From contig CAYFGE010000006.1 in the NCBI GenBank assembly GCA_964342475.1, forward strand, positions 92,626-156,625: a stretch of DNA of 64,000 bases. The letters run 5' to 3'. The DNA comes from an uncultured Planctomycetales bacterium (GTDB lineage: Bacteria > Planctomycetota > UBA1135). The notes beneath the pieces were generated by a model. That model did no database searches. It saw only the letters and a program-made list of their open reading frames with translations, and was not told where the DNA came from. Made by a program: the position numbers and the translations under genes. Below are positions 20,664 to 30,286 of this stretch, piece by piece; the first letter of the stretch is position 1; each line of letters begins with the position of its first letter.

Positions 20664-21842
20664 ATGGAACGAGACCGCGTCGCCCTCCAGCTCCTGCCCA
20701 CGCTCAACCGCGGCGGCGCCGAGCTGTACGTGCACCGGCTGACCCGCCTGCAACGCGGCGGCCGCTGGGCGCCGGCGGTGTGCAGCATGCTGCGTGGCGG
20801 CCCCGTCGAGCAGCTGCTGGCCGACAGCGGGGTCGAGCACACCGTGCTCGGCATCGAGCGCGCCTCGATCCGCCGGCCGTGGGCGGCGGTGCGCGACTGG
20901 CGCCGCATCCGCCGCGGCGTGCGCGACTACGCGCGGGAGGTCGGCGCCGGCCTGATCCAGACCCACCTGTCGGACGCCGACTGGATCGGGCTCTCGGTCG
21001 GCCGCGAGCTGGGCGTCCCGGTGGTGCTGACCTTCCACTCCTCGAAGCTGATCCCGCCGGAGCGGGATCCCCGCGAGCTGCGCGCCCGCCTGCGCACCGC
21101 GCTGCAGTCGCGCTTCTACCGCCGCGCCGACGCGCTGGTGGCGGTCGGTTCGGACGTGCGCGACAGCCTGCTCGCCTTTCCCGGGGTGCAGCCCGACCGG
21201 GTCCACCTGGTGCCCAGCGCGATCGAGGTGCCGCCGCGGCGCAGCGCCGAGGAGCGCGCCGCCCTCCGCCGCCGCCACGCCGGATTCCTCGGCGACGCCG
21301 ACGCCGTCCTGGTCACGGTCGGCCGCGCGGTGCCGAGCAAGGCGCACCACCGGCTGATCCGGGCCATGCCGCGGATCCTGGCCCGCCGGCCCGGCGCGCG
21401 GCTCTGGATCATCGGCGACGGCCCCGAGCTCCCCCGCCTCGAAGCCGAGGTCGCCACCCACGGGCTGGCGGGCAAGGTGCAGCTCCTCGGCGGGCGCGAC
21501 GACGTGGCCGAGCTGCTGCCCTGCGCCGATCTCTACGTCACCGGCACCGAGCGTGAGGGCCTCGGGCTGGCCGTCGCCGAGGGGATGGCCGCCGAGCTGC
21601 CGGCCGTCGGCTTCCGCGTCAGCGGCATCGTCGACATCGTCGAGGACGGCGAGAACGGCGTGCTGGTGCCCGACGGCGACCTCCCGGCCTTCGCCGCGGC
21701 GGTGGTCGAGCTGCTCGAGGATCCGGCGCGTCGCGCCCGGCTCGGGGCGCGGGGCCACACCACCGCGCAGCGCTTCGACGTGCGCCACGTCCGCGAGCGC
21801 ACCGAGGCGATCTACGACGCGCTGCTCGCCGCGCGGGCCTAG
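20664..21842 (+). CDS. GT4-family (GT-B) glycosyltransferase
   Basis: EGLGLAVAEGMAAELPAVGFRVSGIVDIVEDGENGVLV and N-terminal LNRGGAELYV. Divergent from the preceding glycosyltransferase. Confidence 0.85.
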   Translation: MERDRVALQLLPTLNRGGAELYVHRLTRLQRGGRWAPAVCSMLRGGPVEQLLADSGVEHTVLGIERASIRRPWAAVRDWRRIRRGVRDYAREVGAGLIQTHLSDADWIGLSVGRELGVPVVLTFHSSKLIPPERDPRELRARLRTALQSRFYRRADALVAVGSDVRDSLLAFPGVQPDRVHLVPSAIEVPPRRSAEERAALRRRHAGFLGDADAVLVTVGRAVPSKAHHRLIRAMPRILARRPGARLWIIGDGPELPRLEAEVATHGLAGKVQLLGGRDDVAELLPCADLYVTGTEREGLGLAVAEGMAAELPAVGFRVSGIVDIVEDGENGVLVPDGDLPAFAAAVVELLEDPARRARLGARGHTTAQRFDVRHVRERTEAIYDALLAARA

Positions 21843-23161
21843 CGGCCGCCGCGCAGCATCCAGAGCAGGCGGCCGAGGTCGTCGCGCTGCGGGATCAGGA
21901 GCTCGCGCATCGGCACCCCGGCCAGCCGCTGGTAGATGTAGGCCAGCACCAGCCCGTGCTGGGTGTAGCAGACCAGCGAGGCGATCGCCGCGCCGACGAT
22001 GCCGTACCGCGGGATGAGGTAGACGTTCAGCCCGATGTTCACGACCAGCGCGAGGGTGGCGCTGATCGAGGCGTATCCGGGGAAGCCGCGCCCGAGCAGG
22101 TCGGTGTTGGCGATCTGGCCGACGTTGCCGATCACCAGGCCGGGCAGGATGATCGCCAGCGGCAGCACCGCCCCGGCGAAGTCCTCGCCGAAGAGGAGCG
22201 GCACCATCGGGTAGGCGGCCAACGCGGCGACGGCGGCCAACGGGGCGCCGAAGAGCAGGAAGGAGCGCGTGGCGATCGGCGTGAGGACGGCGGTCTCCTC
22301 GCCGCTCCGGCTCATCAGGCGCGGCACCAGGGCGCGCTCGACGCTGAAGCCGACGATCTGGAACAGCATCGCCAGCGAGGCGGCGATGGCGTAGACCCCG
22401 ACCTCCTCGGCGGTGCGCCAGGCGCGGACCAGGGCGACGTCGATGCGGAACAGCAGGTAGACCGAGATCGAGGTCGGCAGGGTCTTCACCCCGAAGAGGA
22501 AGGCCTCACGGGCCAGGCCCAGGTCGGGTCGGCGTCGGCCGCGCAGGACGAGGAGGAGGGCGAAGAGGGCGACCGCGTCCCCCAGCGCAAAAGACAAGAC
22601 CCAGGCCTTGACCGCAACTGTGACCGTCACCCCTTGGGAGTGGAACAGGACCGGAACCAGCAGCGCGAAGCTGCCGGTCTGCACCACCTTGGCCACGTTC
22701 GCCGCCAGGATGGCCCGGCTGCCCACCAGCGCCCCGCCGAGGTAGCCCTCGAGGAGCAGGAGGGGCACCGCCAGGATGGCCAGCCGGATCGCCCCGGTCA
22801 CTCCGTCCCCCATCGCGGCCACCGTGCCGGCCGAATCGGCCGAGACGAAGCGCTCGAGCCAGGGGAATGCCGCCCAAAGCCCGATACAGAAAAGACTTCC
22901 GACGACCAGCGCGAAGACCAGCAGGTTGCCGGCGATCGCGCCGGAGCGCGAGGGCTGCTTCACGATCTGCCGGGTGCAGGCCGTGCCGAATCCCATGTGG
23001 GCCACCGCCCGCGCCATGTCCGGGATCAGCACCACCAGCGCCTGGATGCCCTTCCCGTCCGAGCCCAGGCCGCGGGCCACGAGCACCCCGGCGAGGAACT
23101 GCAGACCGGCCGCGAGGATCTGGAGGACCGCGGCGCCGCCGCTGTCGCGCAGGAAGCTCAT
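21839..23161 (-). CDS. Wzx-like polysaccharide flippase (MOP/PST family)
   Basis: 440 aa, ~12-14 TM helices, typical N-terminus with small/basic residues between helices. Located in the EPS locus. Confidence 0.75.
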   Translation of the reverse strand: MSFLRDSGGAAVLQILAAGLQFLAGVLVARGLGSDGKGIQALVVLIPDMARAVAHMGFGTACTRQIVKQPSRSGAIAGNLLVFALVVGSLFCIGLWAAFPWLERFVSADSAGTVAAMGDGVTGAIRLAILAVPLLLLEGYLGGALVGSRAILAANVAKVVQTGSFALLVPVLFHSQGVTVTVAVKAWVLSFALGDAVALFALLLVLRGRRRPDLGLAREAFLFGVKTLPTSISVYLLFRIDVALVRAWRTAEEVGVYAIAASLAMLFQIVGFSVERALVPRLMSRSGEETAVLTPIATRSFLLFGAPLAAVAALAAYPMVPLLFGEDFAGAVLPLAIILPGLVIGNVGQIANTDLLGRGFPGYASISATLALVVNIGLNVYLIPRYGIVGAAIASLVCYTQHGLVLAYIYQRLAGVPMRELLIPQRDDLGRLLWMLRGGR

Positions 23162-23199
23162 GCTGGAGGTCGGGACCGGCCGATGGAATCCGGCACCCT

Positions 23200-23226
23200 C
23201 ACGGTGAGAATAGCATTTTCACCGTG
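23200..23226. promoter_or_regulatory. candidate operator: perfect 8-bp inverted repeat CACGGTGA-N11-TCACCGTG bracketing overlapping divergent -10-like boxes
   Basis: The spacer gaatagcattt contains TAGCAT (plus strand, 23211..23216) and TATTCT (minus strand, 23212..23207). Lies in the AT-richer 180-bp gap between wzx-like (-) and wza-like (+) genes. Confidence 0.45.
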
Positions 23227-23230
23227 GGGT

Positions 23231-23248
23231 CCATGTTCAAAAACATGG
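23231..23248. repeat. second inverted repeat CCATGTT-caaa-AACATGG in the same intergenic region
   Basis: 7-bp perfect arms read directly from the sequence. Confidence 0.4.
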
Positions 23249-23341
23249 CACAGCAATAGACTTACAGCACCCCCTGGATCGATCCGGTATGCGCTTCTCC
23301 CACCCGGGACGGATACCACCCCCCGCACGCCTCTTCCCGAA

Positions 23342-24325
23342 GTGAATCAGGCCCACCGTCTCCTCGCCCTCCTCCTGCTCGTCGCGGCACCGGGATGCGC
23401 GAGCGTGGCCACGCTGAACGAGCCCTACGAGGCCCCGCCAGCGACCCCGCTCCCCGCCCCCTACCGGGTCTCCCCCGGTGACCGCCTGAGTCTGGAGTTC
23501 TCCCGCGTCTTCAACCCCGTGTCGGACTACCGGCTGGGGATCAACGACCGGCTCTCCGTCCACGTGCAGAAGCGCGACGACCTCCAGCTCGACACCAAGG
23601 TCGCGCCGGACGGCACCATCGCCTTCCACTTCGTGCCGCGCTTCAAGGCCGCGGGCCTGACCATCGACGAGGTGCGCCAGGTCATCCAGGACGGCCTGTC
23701 GGCCTCCGGCATGGACAAGGCGACGGTCGACGTCTTCCTGATCGAGGGCGACACCCTCACCGAGGCCTTCATCCAGATGCTGCTGCAGAGCCCGACCGGC
23801 TCGATGCGGGAGCTGGTGGTGAACCGCTCCGGCGCCGTCTCGATCCCGGGGGTCGGGCCGGTCACGGTCTCGGGGCAGACGGTCGAGGAGGTCGAGGCCA
23901 GCCTCAACCGCACCCTGCAGGAGATGATGCCGAGCCTGCAGGTCATCGTGAACACGGTGTTCAACGCCTCGGCCACCTTCACGGTGGTCGGCGAGGTGCT
24001 GAAGCCGGGCACCTTCACGATGACCGGCGACATCTCGCTGGTCGAGGCGGTCGCCACCGCCGGCTGGGAGACGGAGTACGGCGACCTCAGCCGCGTGCTC
24101 CTCATGTCGCGGGCCGAGGACGACGTCATCGAGGCCAGCCTCTACGACGTCGACGAGGCGCTCGCCCACGGCGACCCGCTGCCGCTGGTGCGGGTGCGGC
24201 CGCGTGACGTGATCGTCATCCTGCGCACCGGCGTCGGCAACTCCAACCGGGCCATCGAGCAGTACATCCGCCGCAACCTGCCGATCAACATCGGCGCCTC
24301 GTACCGCCTGAACAACCCCAACTAG
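23342..24325 (+). CDS. Wza-like polysaccharide export protein (Poly_export plus SLBB-like), probable lipoprotein
   Basis: GTG 23342. Signal LLALLLLVAAPGC. YRVSPGDRLSLEF and ...VAPDGTIAFHFVPRFKAAGLTIDEVRQVIQ resemble the PES/SLBB motifs of the family. Confidence 0.75.
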   Translation: MNQAHRLLALLLLVAAPGCASVATLNEPYEAPPATPLPAPYRVSPGDRLSLEFSRVFNPVSDYRLGINDRLSVHVQKRDDLQLDTKVAPDGTIAFHFVPRFKAAGLTIDEVRQVIQDGLSASGMDKATVDVFLIEGDTLTEAFIQMLLQSPTGSMRELVVNRSGAVSIPGVGPVTVSGQTVEEVEASLNRTLQEMMPSLQVIVNTVFNASATFTVVGEVLKPGTFTMTGDISLVEAVATAGWETEYGDLSRVLLMSRAEDDVIEASLYDVDEALAHGDPLPLVRVRPRDVIVILRTGVGNSNRAIEQYIRRNLPINIGASYRLNNPN

Positions 24326-24327
24326 CG

Positions 24328-26214
24328 ATGAGCACGAACCTCCAAAGCGAACGCCGGACCGACACCCCGCGGCGCGTCATCCGCGCCCTGTTCGAGTTCC
24401 GCAAGGCGATGCTCGGCTTCTTCGTCGTGTTCTTCGCCTTCCTCATGCTGATCGCCTACGTCTTCCCGCCGATCTGGGAGGTCAAGGGCCAGGTGCTGGT
24501 CAAGTCCGGCCGCCAGAACGCCCCCACCGGCGTGGCGATGACCAACGCCGGCGCGCGGCTCGACACCAGCATGGAGGACGTCGTCTCCGAGATGACGATC
24601 ATGATGAGCGAGCCGGTCCTGCAGCGCGTGGCGGAGCGCCTGCTCGCCGACGTGCCCGAGGAGCAGAAGGAGACCTTCGTCAGCCGGATGAAGGACGGCT
24701 TCCAGGACTTCTGCATCTCGCTCGGCCTGCTGCCCGACCTGCCCGAGGGCGCGAACCTCGTGCAGCAGCTGGGCAAGAAGGTCACGGTGGAGATCGAGCC
24801 CGGCTCGCACGTGATCAACCTGAGCTACCAGCACCAGGGCAAGGGCACCGCGGTCCGCACGATCAACTACCTGCTCGAGGAGTACCTCGAGCAGCACACG
24901 GCGATCCACAGCGAGACCGAGGCGCTGCGCTTCTTCGAGCAGCAGGTCGTCGACAAGAAGGCCGAGCTGGACCAGCTCCAGGGCGAGATCACCGCCTTCC
25001 GCATGGAGCACGACGGCGGCGACCTGACCCTGCAGCGCACCCTGCTGCTGCAGGACCTGACCGAGGCCGACCAGGCCCTGCGCAGCCTCAGCGACGTCGA
25101 CGCCACCGAGGACGGCCTGATGCAGGCCAGCTCGCTCAGCGAGCACCCCGAGCTGGCGCCCTTCTACCAGCGCCTGCTCGACCTCGAGCTGGAGATCGCC
25201 GAGGCCGAGGGCATCGACGCCACGCTGGCCGCGCAGAAGCGCGAGCAGGCGGCGACCACCCGCGGCAAGCTGCTCGAGCAGCTGCGCAACAAGCGCGCCT
25301 ACCTCGCCCGCCGGGTCGAGGAGCTGCGCGGCGAGCTGCGCGCGGTCGAGAGCGAGCGGGCCCGCTTCGAGGACCTTCTTGCCCAGCGCAACATCGTCGA
25401 GGCGACCTACCAGCAGTACGTCGCGAAGCATGAGGAGGAGCGCATCGCGCAGGCGATGGACTCCAACCGCCTGACCAGCGTGCGCGTGCTCCAGAAGGCC
25501 ACGCCGCCGGTCAAGCCGTACTTCCCCAACCGCTTCGTGATGGCGATCCTGGGCTTCCTGCTCGGCATCCCCGGCGCCATCGCCTTCGCCCTGCTGCGCG
25601 CCTACTTCAGCGGCCGGGTGTCGACCGTGCAGGACATCGAGACCGAGCTCGGCCTGCCCGTGCTCGCCTCGCTGGCCCGCCTGCCGGGCAGCGCCTTCCG
25701 CAGCGGCATGCCCGAACCGGTCATGCGCGGCGCGAAGATGGTGCTCGCCAGCGTCGACCAGGCCGGCGTGAAGTCGGTCTGCCTGGCCTCCTCCTCGACC
25801 GGCGAGGGCGCCGCGACGATCGCCGCGGCGGTCGCCCTGGCCGCCGCTCAGGACGGTCGCTCGGTGGTCTTCGCCACGCCGGACGGCGCCGGCACCGAGG
25901 CGGTCGCGGCCGCCGGGGTCGAGGTCCTCGACCTGTCGGGCCGCGGCGTCAAGGAGCAGCGCGCGGCCATCGGCGAGGCCGCCGGTCGCAGCGACCTGGT
26001 GGTCATGGCGGCGCTGCCGCTGGCCTCGGCGGAGGGCGGCCTCTACGCCTCCTCGGCCGAAGCGGCGGTCTTCGTCGTCAGCGGCTCCGGCGTCCACATC
26101 GAGGTGGCCCGCCGCGGCCACGGCGTGCTCGTCCGCTCCTGCGGCAAGGTCCTCGGCGCCGTCCTCACGCAGCGCCGCGACCCGATCCCGAGCCTCCTCT
26201 ACCGCCGCGTCTGA
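24328..26214 (+). CDS. polysaccharide co-polymerase (Wzz/Wzc/GumC-like) with a C-terminal P-loop-like domain lacking catalytic residues
   Basis: N-terminal TM plus Wzz-like VKGQVLVKSG, a long coiled-coil, a second TM, then SSSTGEGAATIAAAVALA (Walker A-like, Lys replaced by Ala) and DLVVMAALP (Walker B-like, Asp replaced by Ala). No Tyr cluster at the C-terminus. Confidence 0.8.
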   Translation: MSTNLQSERRTDTPRRVIRALFEFRKAMLGFFVVFFAFLMLIAYVFPPIWEVKGQVLVKSGRQNAPTGVAMTNAGARLDTSMEDVVSEMTIMMSEPVLQRVAERLLADVPEEQKETFVSRMKDGFQDFCISLGLLPDLPEGANLVQQLGKKVTVEIEPGSHVINLSYQHQGKGTAVRTINYLLEEYLEQHTAIHSETEALRFFEQQVVDKKAELDQLQGEITAFRMEHDGGDLTLQRTLLLQDLTEADQALRSLSDVDATEDGLMQASSLSEHPELAPFYQRLLDLELEIAEAEGIDATLAAQKREQAATTRGKLLEQLRNKRAYLARRVEELRGELRAVESERARFEDLLAQRNIVEATYQQYVAKHEEERIAQAMDSNRLTSVRVLQKATPPVKPYFPNRFVMAILGFLLGIPGAIAFALLRAYFSGRVSTVQDIETELGLPVLASLARLPGSAFRSGMPEPVMRGAKMVLASVDQAGVKSVCLASSSTGEGAATIAAAVALAAAQDGRSVVFATPDGAGTEAVAAAGVEVLDLSGRGVKEQRAAIGEAAGRSDLVVMAALPLASAEGGLYASSAEAAVFVVSGSGVHIEVARRGHGVLVRSCGKVLGAVLTQRRDPIPSLLYRRV

Positions 26215-26220
26215 TCCACC

Positions 26221-27756
26221 GTGGCCCTGGGCAGCCACCGCAGCACGCTGGACCTCGACGGCCTCGCCGGCTCCAAGGCGGCGCCGTCGGGGGTCACGGC
26301 CGTGGTGACCGCCCTGGCCGGGATGCTGTTCGCGGTCGCCGCGACCGCCACCCACTACGGCGGCGGTCGCTGGCAGCTCGTCGTCCTCGCCGGGCTGATC
26401 CTCGGCGCGGGCCTGTCGGCCTGGCTGCTGACCTACCGGCAGTTCATCGGCCTCACCGCGGGGCTGCTGGCGTTCACCTTCCCCATGGCGCTGAACGTCC
26501 AGCTGTACGAGTTCCCCACCGTGCGCCTGAGCTCGGGCATGCCCCCGGGCGTCGCGCTGTGGGAGAAGGACATCTTCCTGTTCATCCTTTGGGCGGACTG
26601 GTTCGTCGACGCCTGCCTGCGCCGCCCGGTCCGCTCGGCGCGCGTCGGCGGCGCCGCACGCTGGCTGGGCGTGATGCTGCTGGCCGCGCTGCTCTTCCCG
26701 GTCCACTCCACCTACCTGCCGGGCTCGATGATGCTGTGGGTCGAGTTCGCGCGCTACGCGACGGCCTTCCTCTACCTGGCCAAGCGGGTGGACAGCGTCA
26801 GCGTGCTGCGCTGGATCGTGATCGGCATCTGCGCGCAGATCTGGATCGAGAGCCTGATCTCCTGGGCGCAGTACGCCACCGGCGGCAACCTCGGCCTGTC
26901 CTTCCTCGGCGAGACCAAGGTGCGCGCCGAGGAGATCCCCGGCGGCGCGCTGATCCGCACCGGCGCGCTGATGGGCCACCCCAACCGCTTCGCCGAGTGG
27001 CTGGTCCTGGTCGGCCCCTTCCCGCTGGCCATGGCCCTGCGGCGCAACCTGAGCTTCCTCGCCCGCGCCGCCTACTGGGCCACGTTCGTCGTCCTCAACG
27101 TCACCCTGATCCTGACCTTCAGCCGCGCCGGCTGGGTCTGCGCGGTGTTCAACTGCTTCGCCACCTACCACCTGGTGAAGCGGCGCGAGGGCAAGCCGAC
27201 CGCGGTCAGCCTGTGGGGACCGCTGATGGCCGGCGTGGCCGTGATGGTCGCGCTCTCCTTCGGCATCGACGAGATCCGCGCCCGCCTCACCGCGGACGAC
27301 CGCGGCTCGACCTTCGCGCGCATCCCGCAGTTCGTCACCGCGCTGAACGTGATCGCGCACATGCCGCTGTCCGGCACCGGGCTCGGCTCCTACACCTCGT
27401 ATCTGCACCAGTTCGCCGCCTTCGACGGCCGCTACATCAGCACGCTGCAGTTCCGCGTCCACAACGGCCTCCTGCTGTGGACGGCGGAGACCGGCCTGAT
27501 CGGCGGCTTCGCCTACGTCATGTTCTGGTTCCACAACCTGAAGAAGGCGTGGGGCGTCTGGCGGCTGAAGGACGATTTCCTCGCACTCACCGGCATCGCG
27601 ACCCTCGTGGGCCTCTGCTCCTGGTGGATCAAGAGCATGTACAATATCCACTCGCCGTTGACCGACCACGGCATGTGGATGCACGCCGCCATGATCTACA
27701 TCGTCTACAATTGCGCTCGGCGATTGGAGAGGAGCGAGCAGTCCCCCGCGAGATGA
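26221..27756 (+). CDS. O-antigen ligase/Wzy-like polymerase family membrane protein
   Basis: ~11-12 TM. Wzy_C-like ILTFSRAGWVCAV...large loop...GTGLGSY. GTG 26221. Confidence 0.75.
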   Translation: MALGSHRSTLDLDGLAGSKAAPSGVTAVVTALAGMLFAVAATATHYGGGRWQLVVLAGLILGAGLSAWLLTYRQFIGLTAGLLAFTFPMALNVQLYEFPTVRLSSGMPPGVALWEKDIFLFILWADWFVDACLRRPVRSARVGGAARWLGVMLLAALLFPVHSTYLPGSMMLWVEFARYATAFLYLAKRVDSVSVLRWIVIGICAQIWIESLISWAQYATGGNLGLSFLGETKVRAEEIPGGALIRTGALMGHPNRFAEWLVLVGPFPLAMALRRNLSFLARAAYWATFVVLNVTLILTFSRAGWVCAVFNCFATYHLVKRREGKPTAVSLWGPLMAGVAVMVALSFGIDEIRARLTADDRGSTFARIPQFVTALNVIAHMPLSGTGLGSYTSYLHQFAAFDGRYISTLQFRVHNGLLLWTAETGLIGGFAYVMFWFHNLKKAWGVWRLKDDFLALTGIATLVGLCSWWIKSMYNIHSPLTDHGMWMHAAMIYIVYNCARRLERSEQSPAR

Positions 27757-28403
27757 GTCGACAGAACCCGGTCGTACGCGCCTTCCGCAAGCTGCGGGAC
27801 GGCGGCCTGAAGGGCGTCCTCGAGGCCCTGAAGTGGAAGCTCTACCGCCGCAAGGTGATGGTCGTCGCCGTCCGCGAGGTGGGCGCGCCGATCGAGGTGC
27901 CGAAGCGCTCGATGGTGCCGCCGGGCTTCCGCGTCGAGCTGGCCACGCTCGAGCACCTCGACATGATGGCGGCCAACTTCCCGCACAAGCGGGAGTGGTA
28001 CCGCGAGCGCCTCGGGACGCCGGGCTACTACTGCTCGCTGGGCATCGTCGAGGGGGAGGTCATCGCCCACAACTGGTTCTGCACCTGCCCGCACTTCGAC
28101 CCGGAGATGCGGACCTGGGTGCGCCCCGCCGCGGACGAGGCCTACTGGTTCGAGGGCTGGTGCACGCCCGACCGCCGCGGGATGGGCGTCGGCTACTACG
28201 CCTTCACCCACGCCTTCGAGGAGATCCTCCCCGACACCCCGGTGAAGCGCGTCTTCACCTACCTCGAGCCGAGCAACAGGCCGACGCGCCGGATCCACAA
28301 GCGCTACGGCTTCGTGGACACGGGCATCAAGAAGCACCTCCGGCTCGGCCCGTTCTACTTCAACTCCAAGACCAAGCCCCTGCCCCCGGACCACGAGGCC
28401 TGA
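27753..28403 (+). CDS. GNAT-family acetyltransferase
   Basis: ATG 27753 overlaps the upstream stop (ATGA). Acetyl-CoA-site-like RRGMGVGYYAF ... KRYGF. Confidence 0.65.
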   Translation: MSRQNPVVRAFRKLRDGGLKGVLEALKWKLYRRKVMVVAVREVGAPIEVPKRSMVPPGFRVELATLEHLDMMAANFPHKREWYRERLGTPGYYCSLGIVEGEVIAHNWFCTCPHFDPEMRTWVRPAADEAYWFEGWCTPDRRGMGVGYYAFTHAFEEILPDTPVKRVFTYLEPSNRPTRRIHKRYGFVDTGIKKHLRLGPFYFNSKTKPLPPDHEA

Positions 28404-28406
28404 ACC

Positions 28407-30284
28407 GTGTCCCCCGCCCGCCGCGTCCCCTTCCTGCTGTTCCTCGGCTTCGCCGCCGGGTGGGCCGTCGGCGCGCTCGAGACCGCCGCGATCCGCGCCA
28501 CCACCGAGCTCGCCTTCCCCGATCCGCTCGGGGACTCCGTCCAGGTCGCCTGGCGCTACGGCTTGGTCGGCGCGGCGCTCGCGCTCGCCCTCGGCCACCT
28601 GCCGCGCAAGCTGCGCCCCAACCGCGCCGCCTCGGTCCTGGCCACCACCCTCGCGGTGATGGTCTTCGTCTCGGGCACCTCCTGGATCCACCAGAAGAGC
28701 TTCCCCGGAGTGCCGGCCTGGTCCCTGGGGCCGCTGGTCGCGAACGGCGTGCTCGCCGCCTTCTGCCTGGTCGTCGGCTACGGGCTCGGACGGCTGCGCG
28801 CCTCCTTCGCCGCGGTCCTCGTGCTGGCCGTCGCCGGCCACGGCGGCGCGATGATCGCCGGCGGCAGCGAGGCCGCGACCACCGAGGCGCCCGCCCCTGC
28901 CCCGGAGGGCGCGCCGAACATCCTCTTCCTGCTGGTCGACACGCTGCGCGCCGACCACCTCCAGAGCTACGGCTACGAGAAGCAGACCTCGCCGGTGCTC
29001 GACCGCATCGCCGCCGAGGGCCTGCGATTCCACGCCGCCTACGCCCAGGCGACCTGGACGCGGCCGTCCGTCGCCTCGCTGATGACCTCGCTCTACCCGG
29101 CGAGCCACCTGACCAACAGCACCGAGATCCGCGTGCCGGAGGAGCTGCCGACCCTGGCCGAGGTGGTCCGCGCGCAGGGCTACGCCACCGCCGGCTTCTC
29201 GGCCAACCGCAACGTCTCCGAGATCTTCGGCTTCCACCAGGGCTTCGACGTCTTCTGGACGCACGCCTCGGACGAGCTGAACTCGATGCTGCGCTTCACC
29301 ACCTGGGAGCGCGTGATGGAGATCCTGCGCGGCCTCGGCCTCGTCGGCCACAGGTCGCCCGCCAACCAGGCCGAGCACATCACCGACCGGGTGCTGCGCT
29401 GGGTGGAGGAGCACGACGGCTCGCCGTACTTCCTCTACATCCAGTACCTCGACCCGCACGGGCCGTACGACCCGCCGGCGCACTACCTCGAGGAGGTCGG
29501 CATCGAGCCGTTGGACCGCGCGCTGGCGGCCAAGATGAACGTCACTCACGGCGCCGACCCCTTCCCCTTCTTCGAGGTGGAGGGCGTGGACGAGGCCTCG
29601 CTCGCCCGCGTGCGCGAGCTGTACGACGCCGAGATCTCCTACTGCGACCGCGAGATCGGCCGTCTGCTCGACGCCATGCGCGCCAAGGGCCTGCTCGACA
29701 ACACCTACGTGGTCGTCACCTCCGACCACGGCGAGGAGTTCTGGGAGCACAAGCAGTTCGGCCACGGCCAGTCGGCCTACGACGAGCTGGCGCGGGTGCC
29801 GCTGCTGATCGACGGCCCCGGCATCGAGCCCGGCGTGGTGCCGGGCGCGGTCGAGCTGATCGACCTCTACCCGACCATCGCGACCTGGGTCGGCGCGCCG
29901 CTGCCGCCGCGCATCCAGGGCCGCGACCTGAACGACCTGATCGCCGGCGGCGCGCGCGAGGAGGCCGCCGAGGCCCTGGTCAGCAACATGAAGGGCTTCG
30001 AGCTCACGGCCTGGGTCTTCGGCCGCGAGAAGCTGGTCCGCATCGAGCTGCGCGGCGAGGAGGCGTGGATGCTCTACGACCTCGACGCCGACCCGCTGGA
30101 GCAGGACGACCTCGCCGCGGCGCGCCCCGAGCGCCTGGCCGAGCTGAAGGCGCTGCTCCTCGAGCGCCGCGAACGCGCCGGCGAGTACCGCGTGGACGGC
30201 GTCGAGACCACCACCATGGACCGCGACCTCGCGCGCGAGATGGAGGGGCTCGGCTACGTCGACGAAGGGGAGGACGACGAGTAG
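28407..30284 (+). CDS. membrane-anchored sulfatase-like alkaline-phosphatase-superfamily enzyme, Thr at nucleophile position (paralog S1)
   Basis: ~5 N-terminal TM helices with GWAVGALE. Catalytic domain NILFLLVDTLRADHL...YGYEKQTSPVLD...ATWTRPSVASLMTSLYPASH, where sulfatases have C/S-x-P-x-R. C-terminus ...MEGLGYVDEGEDDE. Confidence 0.8.
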   Translation: MSPARRVPFLLFLGFAAGWAVGALETAAIRATTELAFPDPLGDSVQVAWRYGLVGAALALALGHLPRKLRPNRAASVLATTLAVMVFVSGTSWIHQKSFPGVPAWSLGPLVANGVLAAFCLVVGYGLGRLRASFAAVLVLAVAGHGGAMIAGGSEAATTEAPAPAPEGAPNILFLLVDTLRADHLQSYGYEKQTSPVLDRIAAEGLRFHAAYAQATWTRPSVASLMTSLYPASHLTNSTEIRVPEELPTLAEVVRAQGYATAGFSANRNVSEIFGFHQGFDVFWTHASDELNSMLRFTTWERVMEILRGLGLVGHRSPANQAEHITDRVLRWVEEHDGSPYFLYIQYLDPHGPYDPPAHYLEEVGIEPLDRALAAKMNVTHGADPFPFFEVEGVDEASLARVRELYDAEISYCDREIGRLLDAMRAKGLLDNTYVVVTSDHGEEFWEHKQFGHGQSAYDELARVPLLIDGPGIEPGVVPGAVELIDLYPTIATWVGAPLPPRIQGRDLNDLIAGGAREEAAEALVSNMKGFELTAWVFGREKLVRIELRGEEAWMLYDLDADPLEQDDLAAARPERLAELKALLLERRERAGEYRVDGVETTTMDRDLAREMEGLGYVDEGEDDE

Positions 30285-30286
30285 GC

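Noticed and set aside
23241-23262. catGGCACagcaatagac as a sigma-54 promoter upstream of the wza-like gene
   Set aside because: There is a TGGCAC-like -24 half, but no TTGC/GC element at the required 12-nt offset.
28407-30284. Calling S1-S4 true formylglycine-dependent sulfatases, with the two radical SAM genes as anaerobic sulfatase maturases
   Set aside because: All four paralogs lack the C/S-x-P-x-R motif and carry Thr at the corresponding position. The radical SAM proteins are short, show no SPASM-type extra Cys clusters, and are not adjacent to the paralogs.
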